Below, piece after piece: positions 19,998 to 30,661 of a stretch of DNA of 64,000 bases. The position numbers were made by a program, and so were the translations under genes. The notes under the pieces were generated by a model, which did not search any database, was not told the DNA's origin, and saw only the letters and a program-made list of their open reading frames with translations. The stretch is taken from the IMG/VR virus record IMGVR_UViG_3300025809_001850. One strand, given 5' to 3'. This DNA comes from a virus. Taxonomy: Duplodnaviria > Caudoviricetes. Numbering within the stretch: position 1 is the first letter of the stretch; each line of letters begins with the position of its first letter.

Positions 19998-21116
19998 CTA
20001 TTTCAATAATTGATCTGGATTGAGTGGAATTAAATCATTAACAACGAACTCTCCGTCTTTGCGAATAAGTTCATCATCAAAGTAAATTTCACCTCCACCA
20101 TAGTCTGGTCGTTGAATCTTGACCATATCCCAATGAACCTGTGAATCATTTCCATTGCTTGCATCGTCATAGCATTGACCAGGTGTAAAGTGAAAACTTC
20201 CACCAATCTTTTCATCAAATAGAATATCACGCATTGGATGTGTAACATATGGATTGAATCCAATAGCAAACTCACCAATGTATCTTGCTCCGGCATCACT
20301 ATCAAGAATTTCGTTTAGTGCCTCGGTGCTTGCATCACTATTTGCGGTTGCGTCCACAATTTTTCCATTCTTGAATTCCAACCGAATTCCATCAAAGTCT
20401 GTTCCACGATAAATTGTCGGAGCATTAAACTGAATGTGTCCCTGGACACTATCCTTGATTGGACAACTGAATACTTCTCCATCCGGAATGTTATGAGTTC
20501 CACCACAAGCAACTGCACCTATATCTTTAATAGAGAAACGCAAATCTGTATCATCACCTTTAATGTGAATTTTATCTGCGTTTTGCATTCTTGTTTGAAG
20601 GTTACTCATACCCGGATTAAACTTGGCATAATCAAATGTACATACATCAAAGTAAAAGTTCTCAAATGCTTCGGTACTCATATTTGCTTGCTGTGCCATT
20701 GCAGGAGTAGGCCATCTTAGAATACACCACTTGGTTTGATTTACACGATAATCAAGATAAGGTTTGGTGATCTTGGACATCATTGTTTTGATGTCTGCAT
20801 CTACATCACTTGTTTCGTATATATTATGAGAACCTGCGATAGCAATATAAGCATCCATTTCTTGAATCTTAGGCATACTAAACTTCATAAAAATTTCCAT
20901 TTGCTCTTTGGTTGCGTGAAGCATCACCTCACGACCTATACGACTTTGTGATGTTTGTACAAAAGGTATTCCTCCATATTCACGAACTGCACGAACGAGT
21001 GCAATCGTCATATTTTCCGGCACTTCTGTGTTGTCTATTAATACCTTTTCTCCTTTCTGTAAAGACACACTATGTCTTACAAGAAGGTCTGCTAATTTTG
21101 TATAGTTCTGTTCCAT
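19998..21116 (-). CDS. aminopeptidase, peptidase family M29
   Basis: [26 protein letters not shown] and SQVHWD. Confidence 0.93.
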   Translation of the reverse strand: MEQNYTKLADLLVRHSVSLQKGEKVLIDNTEVPENMTIALVRAVREYGGIPFVQTSQSRIGREVMLHATKEQMEIFMKFSMPKIQEMDAYIAIAGSHNIYETSDVDADIKTMMSKITKPYLDYRVNQTKWCILRWPTPAMAQQANMSTEAFENFYFDVCTFDYAKFNPGMSNLQTRMQNADKIHIKGDDTDLRFSIKDIGAVACGGTHNIPDGEVFSCPIKDSVQGHIQFNAPTIYRGTDFDGIRLEFKNGKIVDATANSDASTEALNEILDSDAGARYIGEFAIGFNPYVTHPMRDILFDEKIGGSFHFTPGQCYDDASNGNDSQVHWDMVKIQRPDYGGGEIYFDDELIRKDGEFVVNDLIPLNPDQLLK

Positions 21117-21156
21117 AATGTTTTATATTTTATATATTTATATATGTATATACAAG

Positions 21157-22602
21157 TTAAAATGCAAAGAATTCTTTGCTTTTATTTTTATCACTTGCTT
21201 GTGTAGGACTTTCCGCATCATTTACTCGTGTTTTAGCAATAATAGCATAATCCTTTTCTTTTTCAATTCCAATATATTTTCTATCAAGCATTTTAGCCGC
21301 AATACAAGTTGTTCCACTTCCAACAAACGGATCAACGACCACATCATTCTCACGACTTCCAAGTGTTATCAAGTAACTCATTAGTTCAATCGGTTTAACG
21401 GTTGGATGAACATTTTGTTTTTCCGTGACAAATCTACCAGTAACATCGTTATCGATTTTGCTATTGCTCATATCTTCTGCATTTCTTCTTCCTGGCATTG
21501 AAGAACTTTTCTTTTTAGGAAGATGTTCAAGACCTTTGTTTTTTTCTGCTTTGCTTGCTTTTGCAACAATCATAAAAGGAAAAGTCTTTTGAACACTTTC
21601 GGGTAATTTATGTATTTGTGATTTCCACCAAGAATCCAAATCGTAAAAACGAGAAAACGATCCTTCGTCTCCGTAAGTTCTTCCGGCAGGTTTACCTGTG
21701 CTTTCTTGCCAAATACCACCAGATGCACTTCCACTATCTGTGTGTTTTCCTTTGCTTCGTTTTACTCCATCATTAAGTACATCATCTTGTACAATTAAGT
21801 TAGCTGCGAATCTTCCGTCTGGTATAGCAGATTCATCGTATTCTATTTTTTCGTTTCCTGTTTGATAAAAAGATTCAGCATTACTACCAGTTCTATTGCC
21901 ACTATACGAACCACCTTTCAAAAGTCTACAATCTTTTTCGTAAGGAATTCTGCAATCATCTAACCAAGTAATTCCTTTACCATTTTTCATTGCTTGCTCA
22001 ATCGTGGTTTTTTCTGTAATTGGTTTCATTGCAACAAGTACAACTTCTACCGCAGGTTTTGGTTGGTAACCTACATAAGAACCTTCAAGTGCGTTTGCTT
22101 CATCGGATGCAGGTTCAGTTATTTCTTTCACGGACATATCATTATAGTCCGACCGATTTTCAGATTCTCTCCAATTTGTATTTATTGCAGATGATGAACG
22201 GGATTTCCCATCATACTTTGAACGTGGGTCTATTGTTCCTGTTATCTTTCGTGTCTTTCCAAGTTTTTTATCAACTGCTTTTCCAACATTTGTTGCTTTT
22301 GGAAATCCCGTTGCGTATGTCCAATAAATCGGAGTGAATCCAATATTGAATCCTGCGTCTTCTAAACGAACCATCATACGACTTTGTACATCTGAACGTG
22401 GTGCTGACATAACAAAGCAGAATCCTCCTGGTTTCAAAACTCGTAAACACTCTTGCCAAATTTCTAATGCAGGAACTGCTTTGTCCCAATCACGATTCAT
22501 AAACGAGTATCCATAAGGTGGGTCTGTACACACCAAGTCTACCGATTCATCCTCAAGTTTCTTGAGGACTTTTAAACTATCTCCATTGATTATCTTATTC
22601 AT
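21157..22602 (-). CDS. N6/N4 DNA methyltransferase with large insertion
   Basis: TDPPY, HPTVKP and DPFVGSGTT; start moved to MNKIINGD (22602). Confidence 0.92.
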   Translation of the reverse strand: MNKIINGDSLKVLKKLEDESVDLVCTDPPYGYSFMNRDWDKAVPALEIWQECLRVLKPGGFCFVMSAPRSDVQSRMMVRLEDAGFNIGFTPIYWTYATGFPKATNVGKAVDKKLGKTRKITGTIDPRSKYDGKSRSSSAINTNWRESENRSDYNDMSVKEITEPASDEANALEGSYVGYQPKPAVEVVLVAMKPITEKTTIEQAMKNGKGITWLDDCRIPYEKDCRLLKGGSYSGNRTGSNAESFYQTGNEKIEYDESAIPDGRFAANLIVQDDVLNDGVKRSKGKHTDSGSASGGIWQESTGKPAGRTYGDEGSFSRFYDLDSWWKSQIHKLPESVQKTFPFMIVAKASKAEKNKGLEHLPKKKSSSMPGRRNAEDMSNSKIDNDVTGRFVTEKQNVHPTVKPIELMSYLITLGSRENDVVVDPFVGSGTTCIAAKMLDRKYIGIEKEKDYAIIAKTRVNDAESPTQASDKNKSKEFFAF

Positions 22603-23494
22603 TAAAGTCAAAAAATTTATTTGATTGTACACGCAAGTCATCAAGTGAGCAATAGTCAGGAACTTCATACTCTCCTTCTTTGCGGAATACCATAACGTAT
22701 TCGTGTATCTTGCTTGTGTATCTTTTGCTTGCTACCTTACCTGCTTGCAACGGAGCAAATGGACTGATGTTCTTCATTATGATTGTATCGTGGTGAATCA
22801 ACTTCTCTTTGGTAAACAAAGAAATCAAGTCAGAATGAAACGAACGAAATCCACTACCTTTGGGACATCTCCAATCACCGACAACCCATACACAGAATGC
22901 TCCTGGTTTCAGTACACGATTAATGTGGTATCCACAATAACCGATTTGCTTCAAAAACTTTTCGTAAGTTTCGCAATCACTTAATTGATTTTTCGTACTT
23001 TCATACTCTTCAAGATTATGATACGGAGGACAAGTAAACACCAGATCAGCAGTTTCATTTTGTGTGTGAAGCATTTCTGTTCCATCACAATTAAAAAGTT
23101 TAGGCGATACCCCCAACTTTTTAAAATGCTCCGTAACTCGTTTATATGTCGTTGGAGAAATTTCGTAACCTTCGTATTGCCTTTCCATCTTGGATGCCAC
23201 TACCGCACGGGTAGCACGACCTGCGAAGGGGTCTACAACCACACTTCCCTTCATGCTCCAGTAACGAAGTATCTGCTCTGCTACTCCTGCGTGGAACTCA
23301 CTAAACTTTAATCCAGGAAGATACTTGGCATCATCACTTCGTCTGCTTTCGTTTTCTCCGTCATCAAGATATGCTTCTTTCCAAGATGCCTTCGACTCTT
23401 TGGTTGGTTCAAGAATACTCATAGGCAACCAACCGAATTGCTCATCGATTCGACAATCGTTTCTAATGGGTAATACTTGTTTATATACCTTCAT
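22595..23494 (-). CDS. amino DNA methyltransferase (CPPY variant)
   Basis: VDPFAGRAT motif I then FTCPPY motif IV. Confidence 0.85.
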   Translation of the reverse strand: MKVYKQVLPIRNDCRIDEQFGWLPMSILEPTKESKASWKEAYLDDGENESRRSDDAKYLPGLKFSEFHAGVAEQILRYWSMKGSVVVDPFAGRATRAVVASKMERQYEGYEISPTTYKRVTEHFKKLGVSPKLFNCDGTEMLHTQNETADLVFTCPPYHNLEEYESTKNQLSDCETYEKFLKQIGYCGYHINRVLKPGAFCVWVVGDWRCPKGSGFRSFHSDLISLFTKEKLIHHDTIIMKNISPFAPLQAGKVASKRYTSKIHEYVMVFRKEGEYEVPDYCSLDDLRVQSNKFFDFNE

Positions 23495-26001
23495 TAAAAG
23501 GAGAAGAACTTCTGGGCAGTTGCAAGATTCTCACTTGCAAAGTCCCAATTAAGTGCTTGGTAAAAATCACGGAGTTTTCCTTCAAGTTCTCGCTCAAACA
23601 ACTTGTCCTTATCCGCATACTTCTCAATAAACTCCATAAGTTCAGGTGGGTCTTCGTATCCACGAAACGCAAGAGCATCTAAACCAAGTTCATTGTTCTT
23701 TAAATAAATCCACTTTATCTTTTCTCCGTTACGAATAGGTTCTGCTTGAATCTTAAACTTCTTGATAAACTGATTATGAATAATACTTGCTTTAACGTGA
23801 GCAGGTGTACTCTTCGCACACTCACCAACAACCGCACCTTTATCCATCATCTTTAAATACTTGGTTACATTTTTAACTGCACTTGTTTTTGCGATGTCTT
23901 GAACCGACTCATTTTTGACTTGTCGTTTAAGAGCAACGATTTTGTCATCAATTTCTTGTTTTGGAACATCCTTCAAAATGTCTTTAAGAATCTCTGTCAT
24001 AAACGCACGGAATCGTGTGGGGTAACTACTACGCACCACATCAAGACCTTTAACTTCCAATTCATCACAAGTAACACCGTTGTTGTTGATAATCCATTGT
24101 GCATATCGTTTCTTTGCCAACCAAATACTTGCTTTGGAAATAACTTCTTGTTTAATGTCATAACGATGTTCTTCAATATTAAAGAAACGTTTTGCCATCA
24201 CATCATAACTTTTGTTGATAAAATTCTGTACATTACCTGCGACCTCTAAAATAGCAGCTGCCATTTCATCATCATTCTTTACATCAACATTGGGCATTGT
24301 TTTTTCTACGATAGGCAATGCTGAAAAGAATACCGAGTCGGTATCAATGTAAATACAATGATCTTCGGTATCACCGAGAGTTTTATTGTAATAGTGATTC
24401 GCAATCTTGCGACTGAACTTAATCACGGACACACCGGTGGTTGTAACTGCTTCTGCATTATCTACATCGTAAAAACGAAAGATAGGCAAACCGAGAACAC
24501 CATACAAAGAATTAAGAAGAATCTTTTGTACGTGTTGTCTTCTTTTATAGAACACATACTTGGCGTCGTCACCTGCGTTACCATATTCTTTCATTTTATC
24601 TTTGAATTCAACTCGTTGATTAAACCATTGCTCAAGAATCGCAGGAATAAGTCCTACTTTTTCTTTGGTATACATTACACCATTGCTACTAATAGCAAGA
24701 TTGTTTTCCTTCAAAAATGTTTTGAATTCATCTGCTGAATATACATCTCCACGAAACCCAACTTCGGTTTGTTCGCCATCACAGAAATCTTCGGGACTCC
24801 AATTATCAACGACACCCACTTTAGTTTCAGGAGAAATATTCGTGGACATAATGATAGAAGGATACAGAGATGTCAAATCCAAATCAAACACCCACTTGTA
24901 TTTACCTGGTGTAGGAGCAGCCACATACGCACCACTAAACTTTTTTGATCCATCACCTTTAATCTCATTGAATTTGTCGCGACCATCTGGATCTTTATTT
25001 GGAGCAACAAGATTGTGTCTGCGTAAATATGTAAGCAACGCACCCTCAAGATAACGAGACGAAAACAAAATATCTTCATAAGGAACATGACCGACATGAC
25101 AAATGCTACGAGTCAACTCGATGAGCTCCATCTTTTTGTCAATCTCCACAACAATCTTTACGTCATTCAAATTGTATTCAATAAACTTCTCGATGTCCGA
25201 GGAAAATAGATCATCAAGATTACCTTCATATTCAATTTTTCCTATACCAACTTCTTTGCGACCAATTGAATCGAGACGATAACTTGGTTCAACTGAGTAT
25301 GTAAAGTTTTTGTACAACACAAGATAATCCAAGCAACTAACACCTGCAATCACGATTCGTTTCTTGAATGGATGAAAGTATGCGTGGCCAATCGGACTCA
25401 AACGATTTGCTTCTTCTTGTCCTAACACTCTTGCAAGTCTGCGATACAAATAAGGAACGTCAAATCCATCAATGTTCCAACCTGTTAATATTGTCGGACT
25501 AATCTCTTGATAAAAATCAAGAAAATGAGAAAGTAATGCTCGTTCATTATCATAAGAATAAACTGATACGTCATCATTAGAGTAATTGGTGATCTTGTCT
25601 TCTTTATCAAGAATCAACACCACATAATTATTGGTGCAACTATCGTGCCACGCAATAGCAGTAACGGGATTGTTTGCTTTTTCTGTATCAGGTAAATCAC
25701 CTTCCATACTCACCTCAATATCAAAATTCATAACGCAATGACCGGTGCTTGGTTCATCATCGTCTTCGTACAAATCAATTAGATTACGAGTTTCAATCGG
25801 CACATCCGATTCAAACAGACCTGTATCTTCATACCTATACTTTGTTACCTTTTCTAACTTGTCACCATACATACTGCGATACATTCCGTTCGGAGACTTT
25901 TTGTATGCGTATGGTTTATTCTTGAATGTTACGAGACCTTTTTTATCGTCCCACAGATAGACCGTATGATCTTTTTTATTTACGAATATGTTTTGATACA
26001 T
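23494..26001 (-). CDS. gp43: family B DNA polymerase with 3'-5' exonuclease
   Basis: FDIE, GWNIDGFD, DLTSLYPS, KILLNSLYG and YIDTDS; no intein. Confidence 0.98.
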   Translation of the reverse strand: MYQNIFVNKKDHTVYLWDDKKGLVTFKNKPYAYKKSPNGMYRSMYGDKLEKVTKYRYEDTGLFESDVPIETRNLIDLYEDDDEPSTGHCVMNFDIEVSMEGDLPDTEKANNPVTAIAWHDSCTNNYVVLILDKEDKITNYSNDDVSVYSYDNERALLSHFLDFYQEISPTILTGWNIDGFDVPYLYRRLARVLGQEEANRLSPIGHAYFHPFKKRIVIAGVSCLDYLVLYKNFTYSVEPSYRLDSIGRKEVGIGKIEYEGNLDDLFSSDIEKFIEYNLNDVKIVVEIDKKMELIELTRSICHVGHVPYEDILFSSRYLEGALLTYLRRHNLVAPNKDPDGRDKFNEIKGDGSKKFSGAYVAAPTPGKYKWVFDLDLTSLYPSIIMSTNISPETKVGVVDNWSPEDFCDGEQTEVGFRGDVYSADEFKTFLKENNLAISSNGVMYTKEKVGLIPAILEQWFNQRVEFKDKMKEYGNAGDDAKYVFYKRRQHVQKILLNSLYGVLGLPIFRFYDVDNAEAVTTTGVSVIKFSRKIANHYYNKTLGDTEDHCIYIDTDSVFFSALPIVEKTMPNVDVKNDDEMAAAILEVAGNVQNFINKSYDVMAKRFFNIEEHRYDIKQEVISKASIWLAKKRYAQWIINNNGVTCDELEVKGLDVVRSSYPTRFRAFMTEILKDILKDVPKQEIDDKIVALKRQVKNESVQDIAKTSAVKNVTKYLKMMDKGAVVGECAKSTPAHVKASIIHNQFIKKFKIQAEPIRNGEKIKWIYLKNNELGLDALAFRGYEDPPELMEFIEKYADKDKLFERELEGKLRDFYQALNWDFASENLATAQKFFSF

Positions 26002-26009
26002 TGAATATT

Positions 26010-26038
26010 ATAGTATCGCAATTTATATAAAAAGTCAA
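26010..26038 (-). promoter_or_regulatory. sigma70-type promoter of polymerase operon
   Basis: TTGACT-N17-TACTAT-N8-ATG. Confidence 0.8.
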
Positions 26039-26562
26039 GCACCGGTGCTTCCGAATCCACCTTTTCCACGATCAGTCTCTGACAACTCTTCTACAATTTC
26101 AAATTCAACTTTGTGAGTTTCTGCAATTACAAGTTGTGCAATCCGTTCACCTTTTGTATAAATTTTGTCCATATTAACTTTAGTGAGCAATGGAATAGTT
26201 GCTTGGTCTCCAAGAATTCTTGCTTGAATGTCTTCGGGTTGTGTGATGTACTTGAATCGCACAAGCAACTCTCCACGATAACCACAATCAATCAATCCAA
26301 CTGAATTTGCAAGCATTAGATTTTTGTTGCTGATACTGCTTCTTGGGAAAATATTAGTATGATAAACTTTATCGTCAACACACGGTTCTATATATAAATC
26401 TGTGTGATACTGAATGTAATCTATTCTTGACCATGCTTTTGCTTCTTCATTGTATTCACCCGAAATTGCTGGATGTGATGATGCGACTAAATCATATCCT
26501 ACATCATATTGCGTTAAATTTTTTGGTACAATACTTCCGGTATTTTTTATCTTAATTTTCAT
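26035..26562 (-). CDS. dut: trimeric dUTPase
   Basis: GYDL, PRSS, GLIDCGYRGE and RGKGGFGSTG. Confidence 0.96.
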   Translation of the reverse strand: MKIKIKNTGSIVPKNLTQYDVGYDLVASSHPAISGEYNEEAKAWSRIDYIQYHTDLYIEPCVDDKVYHTNIFPRSSISNKNLMLANSVGLIDCGYRGELLVRFKYITQPEDIQARILGDQATIPLLTKVNMDKIYTKGERIAQLVIAETHKVEFEIVEELSETDRGKGGFGSTGA

Positions 26563-27028
26563 TCAGATATAATATCGCATCTTCAAAGGTATTGACAACC
26601 TTAATATCATTTTCTTTTGCTTCGTGTTCAAGCAGATGTCTCCAAAACTTAATGGTTGGCCACATATGATTTTGATTTATTTCCACCAGATTTTGTTTAT
26701 GTCGTTCTTCATCAATGGTAACAAGAACATTAGGTTTAATAGGCCATTCCCAAAAACTTCTTGCACTCCACACTTCTGGTATGCTCAAAATTGTATCATT
26801 GTTTTTTAACCAAGATTCCAAAACTTTCCAGGAATCTTGTGAAAAAGAAACTGCAACTTGATGTTCTTCAATGTGTGGACACGCATAAATCTTATCAGAG
26901 AATTCTTTTTTATCAAAGTGATTTGGCCAACCTATTTTGTTTGCTATGATTTCATCGCAATCTGCAAATCCAAGTGATTTGCTATGATAAGTTTTTCCTG
27001 AATGCCTAACTGCTGATATTATCTTCAT
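26552..27028 (-). CDS. hypothetical protein, possible P-loop kinase
   Basis: N-terminal AVRHSGKT followed by DCD. Confidence 0.5.
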   Translation of the reverse strand: MKIISAVRHSGKTYHSKSLGFADCDEIIANKIGWPNHFDKKEFSDKIYACPHIEEHQVAVSFSQDSWKVLESWLKNNDTILSIPEVWSARSFWEWPIKPNVLVTIDEERHKQNLVEINQNHMWPTIKFWRHLLEHEAKENDIKVVNTFEDAILYLNEN

Positions 27029-27365
27029 TTGAATAATATTTTTGAATGAGTTTTACAAGGACGTCTCCGTGGCAAGGTTTGGGTTTACACCAACAACCGA
27101 GTATTTTTCCTCTAAGTGTTTTAAGTTCATCAATGAGTTGAGGTTGATCTTCGATCCATTCTTCATAATTTTGAATTGCATCTGATTTACTTGCAACACG
27201 GAACTTTGCAAGAGTTTTATCTTTTGACGAAAACGGATTACCCCATATAGAAGGTCTTCCGATGTAGACATCATATTCTGATTTCTTGCAATGGACTACT
27301 TTAGTTGTATTTGTGTTTATTTCTAAGTTAGAATAAAATGATAAATTAACTTTTGGTTGTGTCAT
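27006..27365 (-). CDS. DUF4326-like protein
   Basis: VVHCK..YDVYIGRPSIWGNPF...LGCWCKPKPCHGDVL. Confidence 0.85.
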   Translation of the reverse strand: MTQPKVNLSFYSNLEINTNTTKVVHCKKSEYDVYIGRPSIWGNPFSSKDKTLAKFRVASKSDAIQNYEEWIEDQPQLIDELKTLRGKILGCWCKPKPCHGDVLVKLIQKYYSNEDNISS

Positions 27366-27687
27366 CCAAATCTATATCTGTATCTTTATCAATGTCTTCT
27401 ATATTGGAAAATAATTCGTTAACAAAGTCAAATTCTAACTGCTGGTTCTGAAACTCGGGTTGATTTACCTCAGAGTAATTTACATCAGTTGAATGATTTT
27501 CTTCGTTTACGAATTCAAGGTGACCATCAAAGTGGAAACCTGATCCTCTTAAAAACAACTCAAACGCATTTAATACGTCACCTAAAGTTTCGTCTGTGGT
27601 GGTGTGTCGTGTTCTTGATACAAGTTCACCCTCAGTATCTCTCCATGTGTAATCAAATGTAAATTTTGCTGTATTGTCTATTTTCAT
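27346..27687 (-). CDS. hypothetical phage protein
   Basis: FELFLRGSGF motif; TATATTTAT upstream. Confidence 0.75.
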   Translation of the reverse strand: MKIDNTAKFTFDYTWRDTEGELVSRTRHTTTDETLGDVLNAFELFLRGSGFHFDGHLEFVNEENHSTDVNYSEVNQPEFQNQQLEFDFVNELFSNIEDIDKDTDIDLDDTTKS

Positions 27688-27728
27688 ATATACATAAATA
27701 TATACGAGTTACACCCAAACGTAAAGTC

Positions 27729-27938
27729 TTATTTTTTTAAATTGGTATTAATAGTCGATGCTTTGATTATAACTTGTAGATATAGTTGTAAAAAAGCAAT
27801 GCTTAACCAATTTAAAAAAGTGTATTCAATGTTCATTAAAAATGCAGTATTAACTGCCCACATAAAACCTAGAGGTAGTGTAATTAATCCGAGAATTCCT
27901 GCTAGAAACGCAGTTAACTTCTCTGTTTCTATTTCCAT
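27729..27938 (-). CDS. small membrane protein
   Basis: Two hydrophobic segments in 69 aa. Confidence 0.65.
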   Translation of the reverse strand: MEIETEKLTAFLAGILGLITLPLGFMWAVNTAFLMNIEYTFLNWLSIAFLQLYLQVIIKASTINTNLKK

Positions 27939-27940
27939 AG

Positions 27941-28231
27941 TTAGCTTCTAATTTGACAAATTTTTTCGTGAAGTATTTTGACGTCGTCAGTTGTCATTCC
28001 AAATATTGCTTCAACACCTTCAACCATTTTATCAAATGAAACGATTGTTCCTGCTTCTACTGGATCAGCCTCAGATTCTACAATTTCGTACTTTAAGTCA
28101 AGTGTATCATCTTGTACTTCTTCAAGTTTACACAATGTCATATGCTCATATAATGCGACAAAGTCATCTACGGAGCAAGTTGTTAAAAAGTCTAAAGACT
28201 CTTGTTCAATTCTATTTTCTTCGGAATTCAT
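27941..28231 (-). CDS. hypothetical acidic protein
   Basis: 96-aa ORF. Confidence 0.7.
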   Translation of the reverse strand: MNSEENRIEQESLDFLTTCSVDDFVALYEHMTLCKLEEVQDDTLDLKYEIVESEADPVEAGTIVSFDKMVEGVEAIFGMTTDDVKILHEKICQIRS

Positions 28232-28290
28232 TTTATATTATTGATTTAAGGTTATGTATATGTATAAATATATATTATATTTTGAAAATG

Positions 28291-29517
28291 TCAATTCTTT
28301 TTCCATATCCAAATGGGTTCTGCGAATGCAACATTCTTTGTTTCTTCGGTAATTGTTTTTAGGTCTTCTGAAAAATATTCACTTTTTGCATTACCTGCTC
28401 CACCAGAGTTGAATCGTTTTGTCATTTCCATTCCGATACAACCTTGGTATTGTAATCCACATGATTTAATAAAGTCGTTCATTGGATTAGTAATTTCTAC
28501 ATAGTCGTTGATTGGTGCGTTAAATACGTCTGCGATATTGACTGCAAGAATTCCACCAGACTTTAATGTGGGAATAAGTTTCTGAATAGTTGCGTGTAAA
28601 AAATTAACATTCCAATCATCTATCTTTTTGTAACGAACCCACGATTGAGTATCATCTTCCGAATACTTCTCTGTGTTAAAATACGGTGGACTTGTAAAAA
28701 TTGTATCAAAGAAATTTTCGTATTTAGAATAATCCACATCTTCTGCTGGACTATCAATCAATTCAACTTCTCTGTTTTGTTCAAAGAAGGTGGAATACTT
28801 TTTGTAGAACTCAACTTGCTTTTGATAATTGGGGTGATTGTTGCTATTGGGATCAATACCCACATAATGTTCGGTAGTTTCACCTGTATAAAATCCTGCT
28901 AATCTATCACCCCATCCTGCACTAAAGTCTAATACATTTCTGCTTTTAAAGTGATCGTAAAATGCTTTTGCTACTGCCGGTTTGAATTGTGATGCGACAT
29001 ACTTACGAAGAGTTGTAGCAACACGCAGAGTATTAACATCAACACGATTAAGAACTTTATCTAATGTCCAATAAGCACGAACGATTGTTTTGATTCCTTT
29101 AACCGTTTGCCATGTCTTCCACCCACTTGGTGTTCGTGTCCAATCTACTTTCCAACGATTTTCCACATGAAACGGGTTGGAAGCATTGTTACCCGAGTTG
29201 TTTCTTTTCAATAGAAACTGAGAATCTTTGTAGTTTAAATGATAGTTGCTTTTTCTTTCGTTGCGAGGAAACCACTTCTTTTCAACGAGAACATCGTTGT
29301 GCTTGATTCCTTTTAACTTGTTTAAACTATCAAGAGTTTGTTTATCACTTATCTCTGGCAACGGAGCTGAATAAGTGTGCAATGCTTTTGCTAATTCTTC
29401 TACGACATCTTCTTTCTCATATCTTTGCATGATGTCTTTCCATTCATCTTCTTCAATAAGAAGATACGGTTTCATATCGTAGAACTTTTTGAATTGTTCT
29501 TTTAGTTGGTTATTCAT
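28291..29517 (-). CDS. amino DNA methyltransferase (motif I before SPPY)
   Basis: LDFSAGWGDRL, GIDPN and FTSPPYFN; start moved to ATG 29517. Confidence 0.9.
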   Translation of the reverse strand: MNNQLKEQFKKFYDMKPYLLIEEDEWKDIMQRYEKEDVVEELAKALHTYSAPLPEISDKQTLDSLNKLKGIKHNDVLVEKKWFPRNERKSNYHLNYKDSQFLLKRNNSGNNASNPFHVENRWKVDWTRTPSGWKTWQTVKGIKTIVRAYWTLDKVLNRVDVNTLRVATTLRKYVASQFKPAVAKAFYDHFKSRNVLDFSAGWGDRLAGFYTGETTEHYVGIDPNSNNHPNYQKQVEFYKKYSTFFEQNREVELIDSPAEDVDYSKYENFFDTIFTSPPYFNTEKYSEDDTQSWVRYKKIDDWNVNFLHATIQKLIPTLKSGGILAVNIADVFNAPINDYVEITNPMNDFIKSCGLQYQGCIGMEMTKRFNSGGAGNAKSEYFSEDLKTITEETKNVAFAEPIWIWKKN

Positions 29518-29539
29518 AAACCAAAACAAAATTTAATTG

Positions 29540-30355
29540 TCAACTTGCTTGGTCCGATGTGGGAGTTATATCTGTTTCAGTAAGTTCGGTTTCAGTTAAC
29601 TCTTCAGGTTCGGGATTGGATTGTGATATCACTGTTTCTCCAAAACTTCCTGACGAATTTTTATCTACATTCTGTTGTGCTTTTTTCAACTTGTTTTCAT
29701 TATGAATTTTAAGTTGCTCACCTATATAGTCATCCACTTCGTCATTAGTTCCACCCGGCATTCCGTTTACACTTTCTCCGTTGGCTGCTCTGAGTATTGC
29801 TTGCTGAGACAGACCGTCAGAAGTTTGTGCTCGTTTATTCATTTCAGGATAACTATCTCCATATCTAGTTCTGTCAACAACCAAAGTTTCTTCTGCTTTT
29901 TGCTTTGGTTTTAGGTCATTTGTAACTTTTTCTGAGTTTACTATTTGAACATTTGTTTGTTCTACCACGAGATTTGATATAGGATTTGGTTCAGTTGGTT
30001 TGTTTTCGGTCGGTTTTGGTTGTTCTTTATTTTTACCAAGCAACTTTTCTATGCTTTCCTCAGATACATCTTCACCTGATGTGTTTGTGTTCGATTTGGT
30101 GATATTGTCGGATGTGACAGTTAGTGTGTCAAATTCTTCTCCACCACGAATTCGTTCGGGGGTAGATTGTGCTAGTTTCTTTTGAAACATGGATAGCAAT
30201 CCACTTGTATCACTAACAGATTTTTCGTATTTTTCTTTATCCTGTTCGTGATTTTTTTCAAAGTGCTTCATAGCATCATCTTCTCTAGCACCTTTGGGTT
30301 GTGCTTTTTTTTGAGCAATATTCTCAAAGTTTTGGTCTAAGTTTTCAAATGACAT
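29540..30355 (-). CDS. hypothetical low-complexity protein
   Basis: 271-aa E/K/T/S-rich ORF; TATATTTAT upstream. Confidence 0.75.
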   Translation of the reverse strand: MSFENLDQNFENIAQKKAQPKGAREDDAMKHFEKNHEQDKEKYEKSVSDTSGLLSMFQKKLAQSTPERIRGGEEFDTLTVTSDNITKSNTNTSGEDVSEESIEKLLGKNKEQPKPTENKPTEPNPISNLVVEQTNVQIVNSEKVTNDLKPKQKAEETLVVDRTRYGDSYPEMNKRAQTSDGLSQQAILRAANGESVNGMPGGTNDEVDDYIGEQLKIHNENKLKKAQQNVDKNSSGSFGETVISQSNPEPEELTETELTETDITPTSDQAS

Positions 30356-30393
30356 AGTTTATATAAATATATATACAATGTGTTTTAGTTGAA

Positions 30394-30648
30394 CTAATTT
30401 ACTTTTTCGAATAACAAGGTGGGTCTTCCAATTTCACCTTCTACTTTACCTGCAGTTTTAATTGTACCGTTTTCTAGTGCTTTTTTTACTCTAAATCTCA
30501 GGGTAATTGGTACTGCGGTTGGGTGTTCTCGTTCCAAATCTGCAATAGAGAATTGACCTGTTGGCCAGTTCACTATTAACTTTTTCTTGGATACGGAGAC
30601 GTTTGTTTCAACATTTAAATTTTGTTTTACTTGATCTTCTTTTGTCAT
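30394..30648 (-). CDS. small putative winged-helix DNA-binding protein
   Basis: FSIADL...helix...GRPTLLF wing pattern. Confidence 0.55.
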   Translation of the reverse strand: MTKEDQVKQNLNVETNVSVSKKKLIVNWPTGQFSIADLEREHPTAVPITLRFRVKKALENGTIKTAGKVEGEIGRPTLLFEKVN

Positions 30649-30661
30649 ATTAATTCCGTTT

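Noticed and set aside
21133-21141. TATATTTAT at 21133 (and 4022) as late promoters
   Set aside because: Wrong strand for the adjacent gene, or inside a CDS; shows the motif also arises by chance in AT-rich DNA.
23494-26001. Intein or intron in DNA polymerase
   Set aside because: 835 aa with contiguous motifs and normal spacing.
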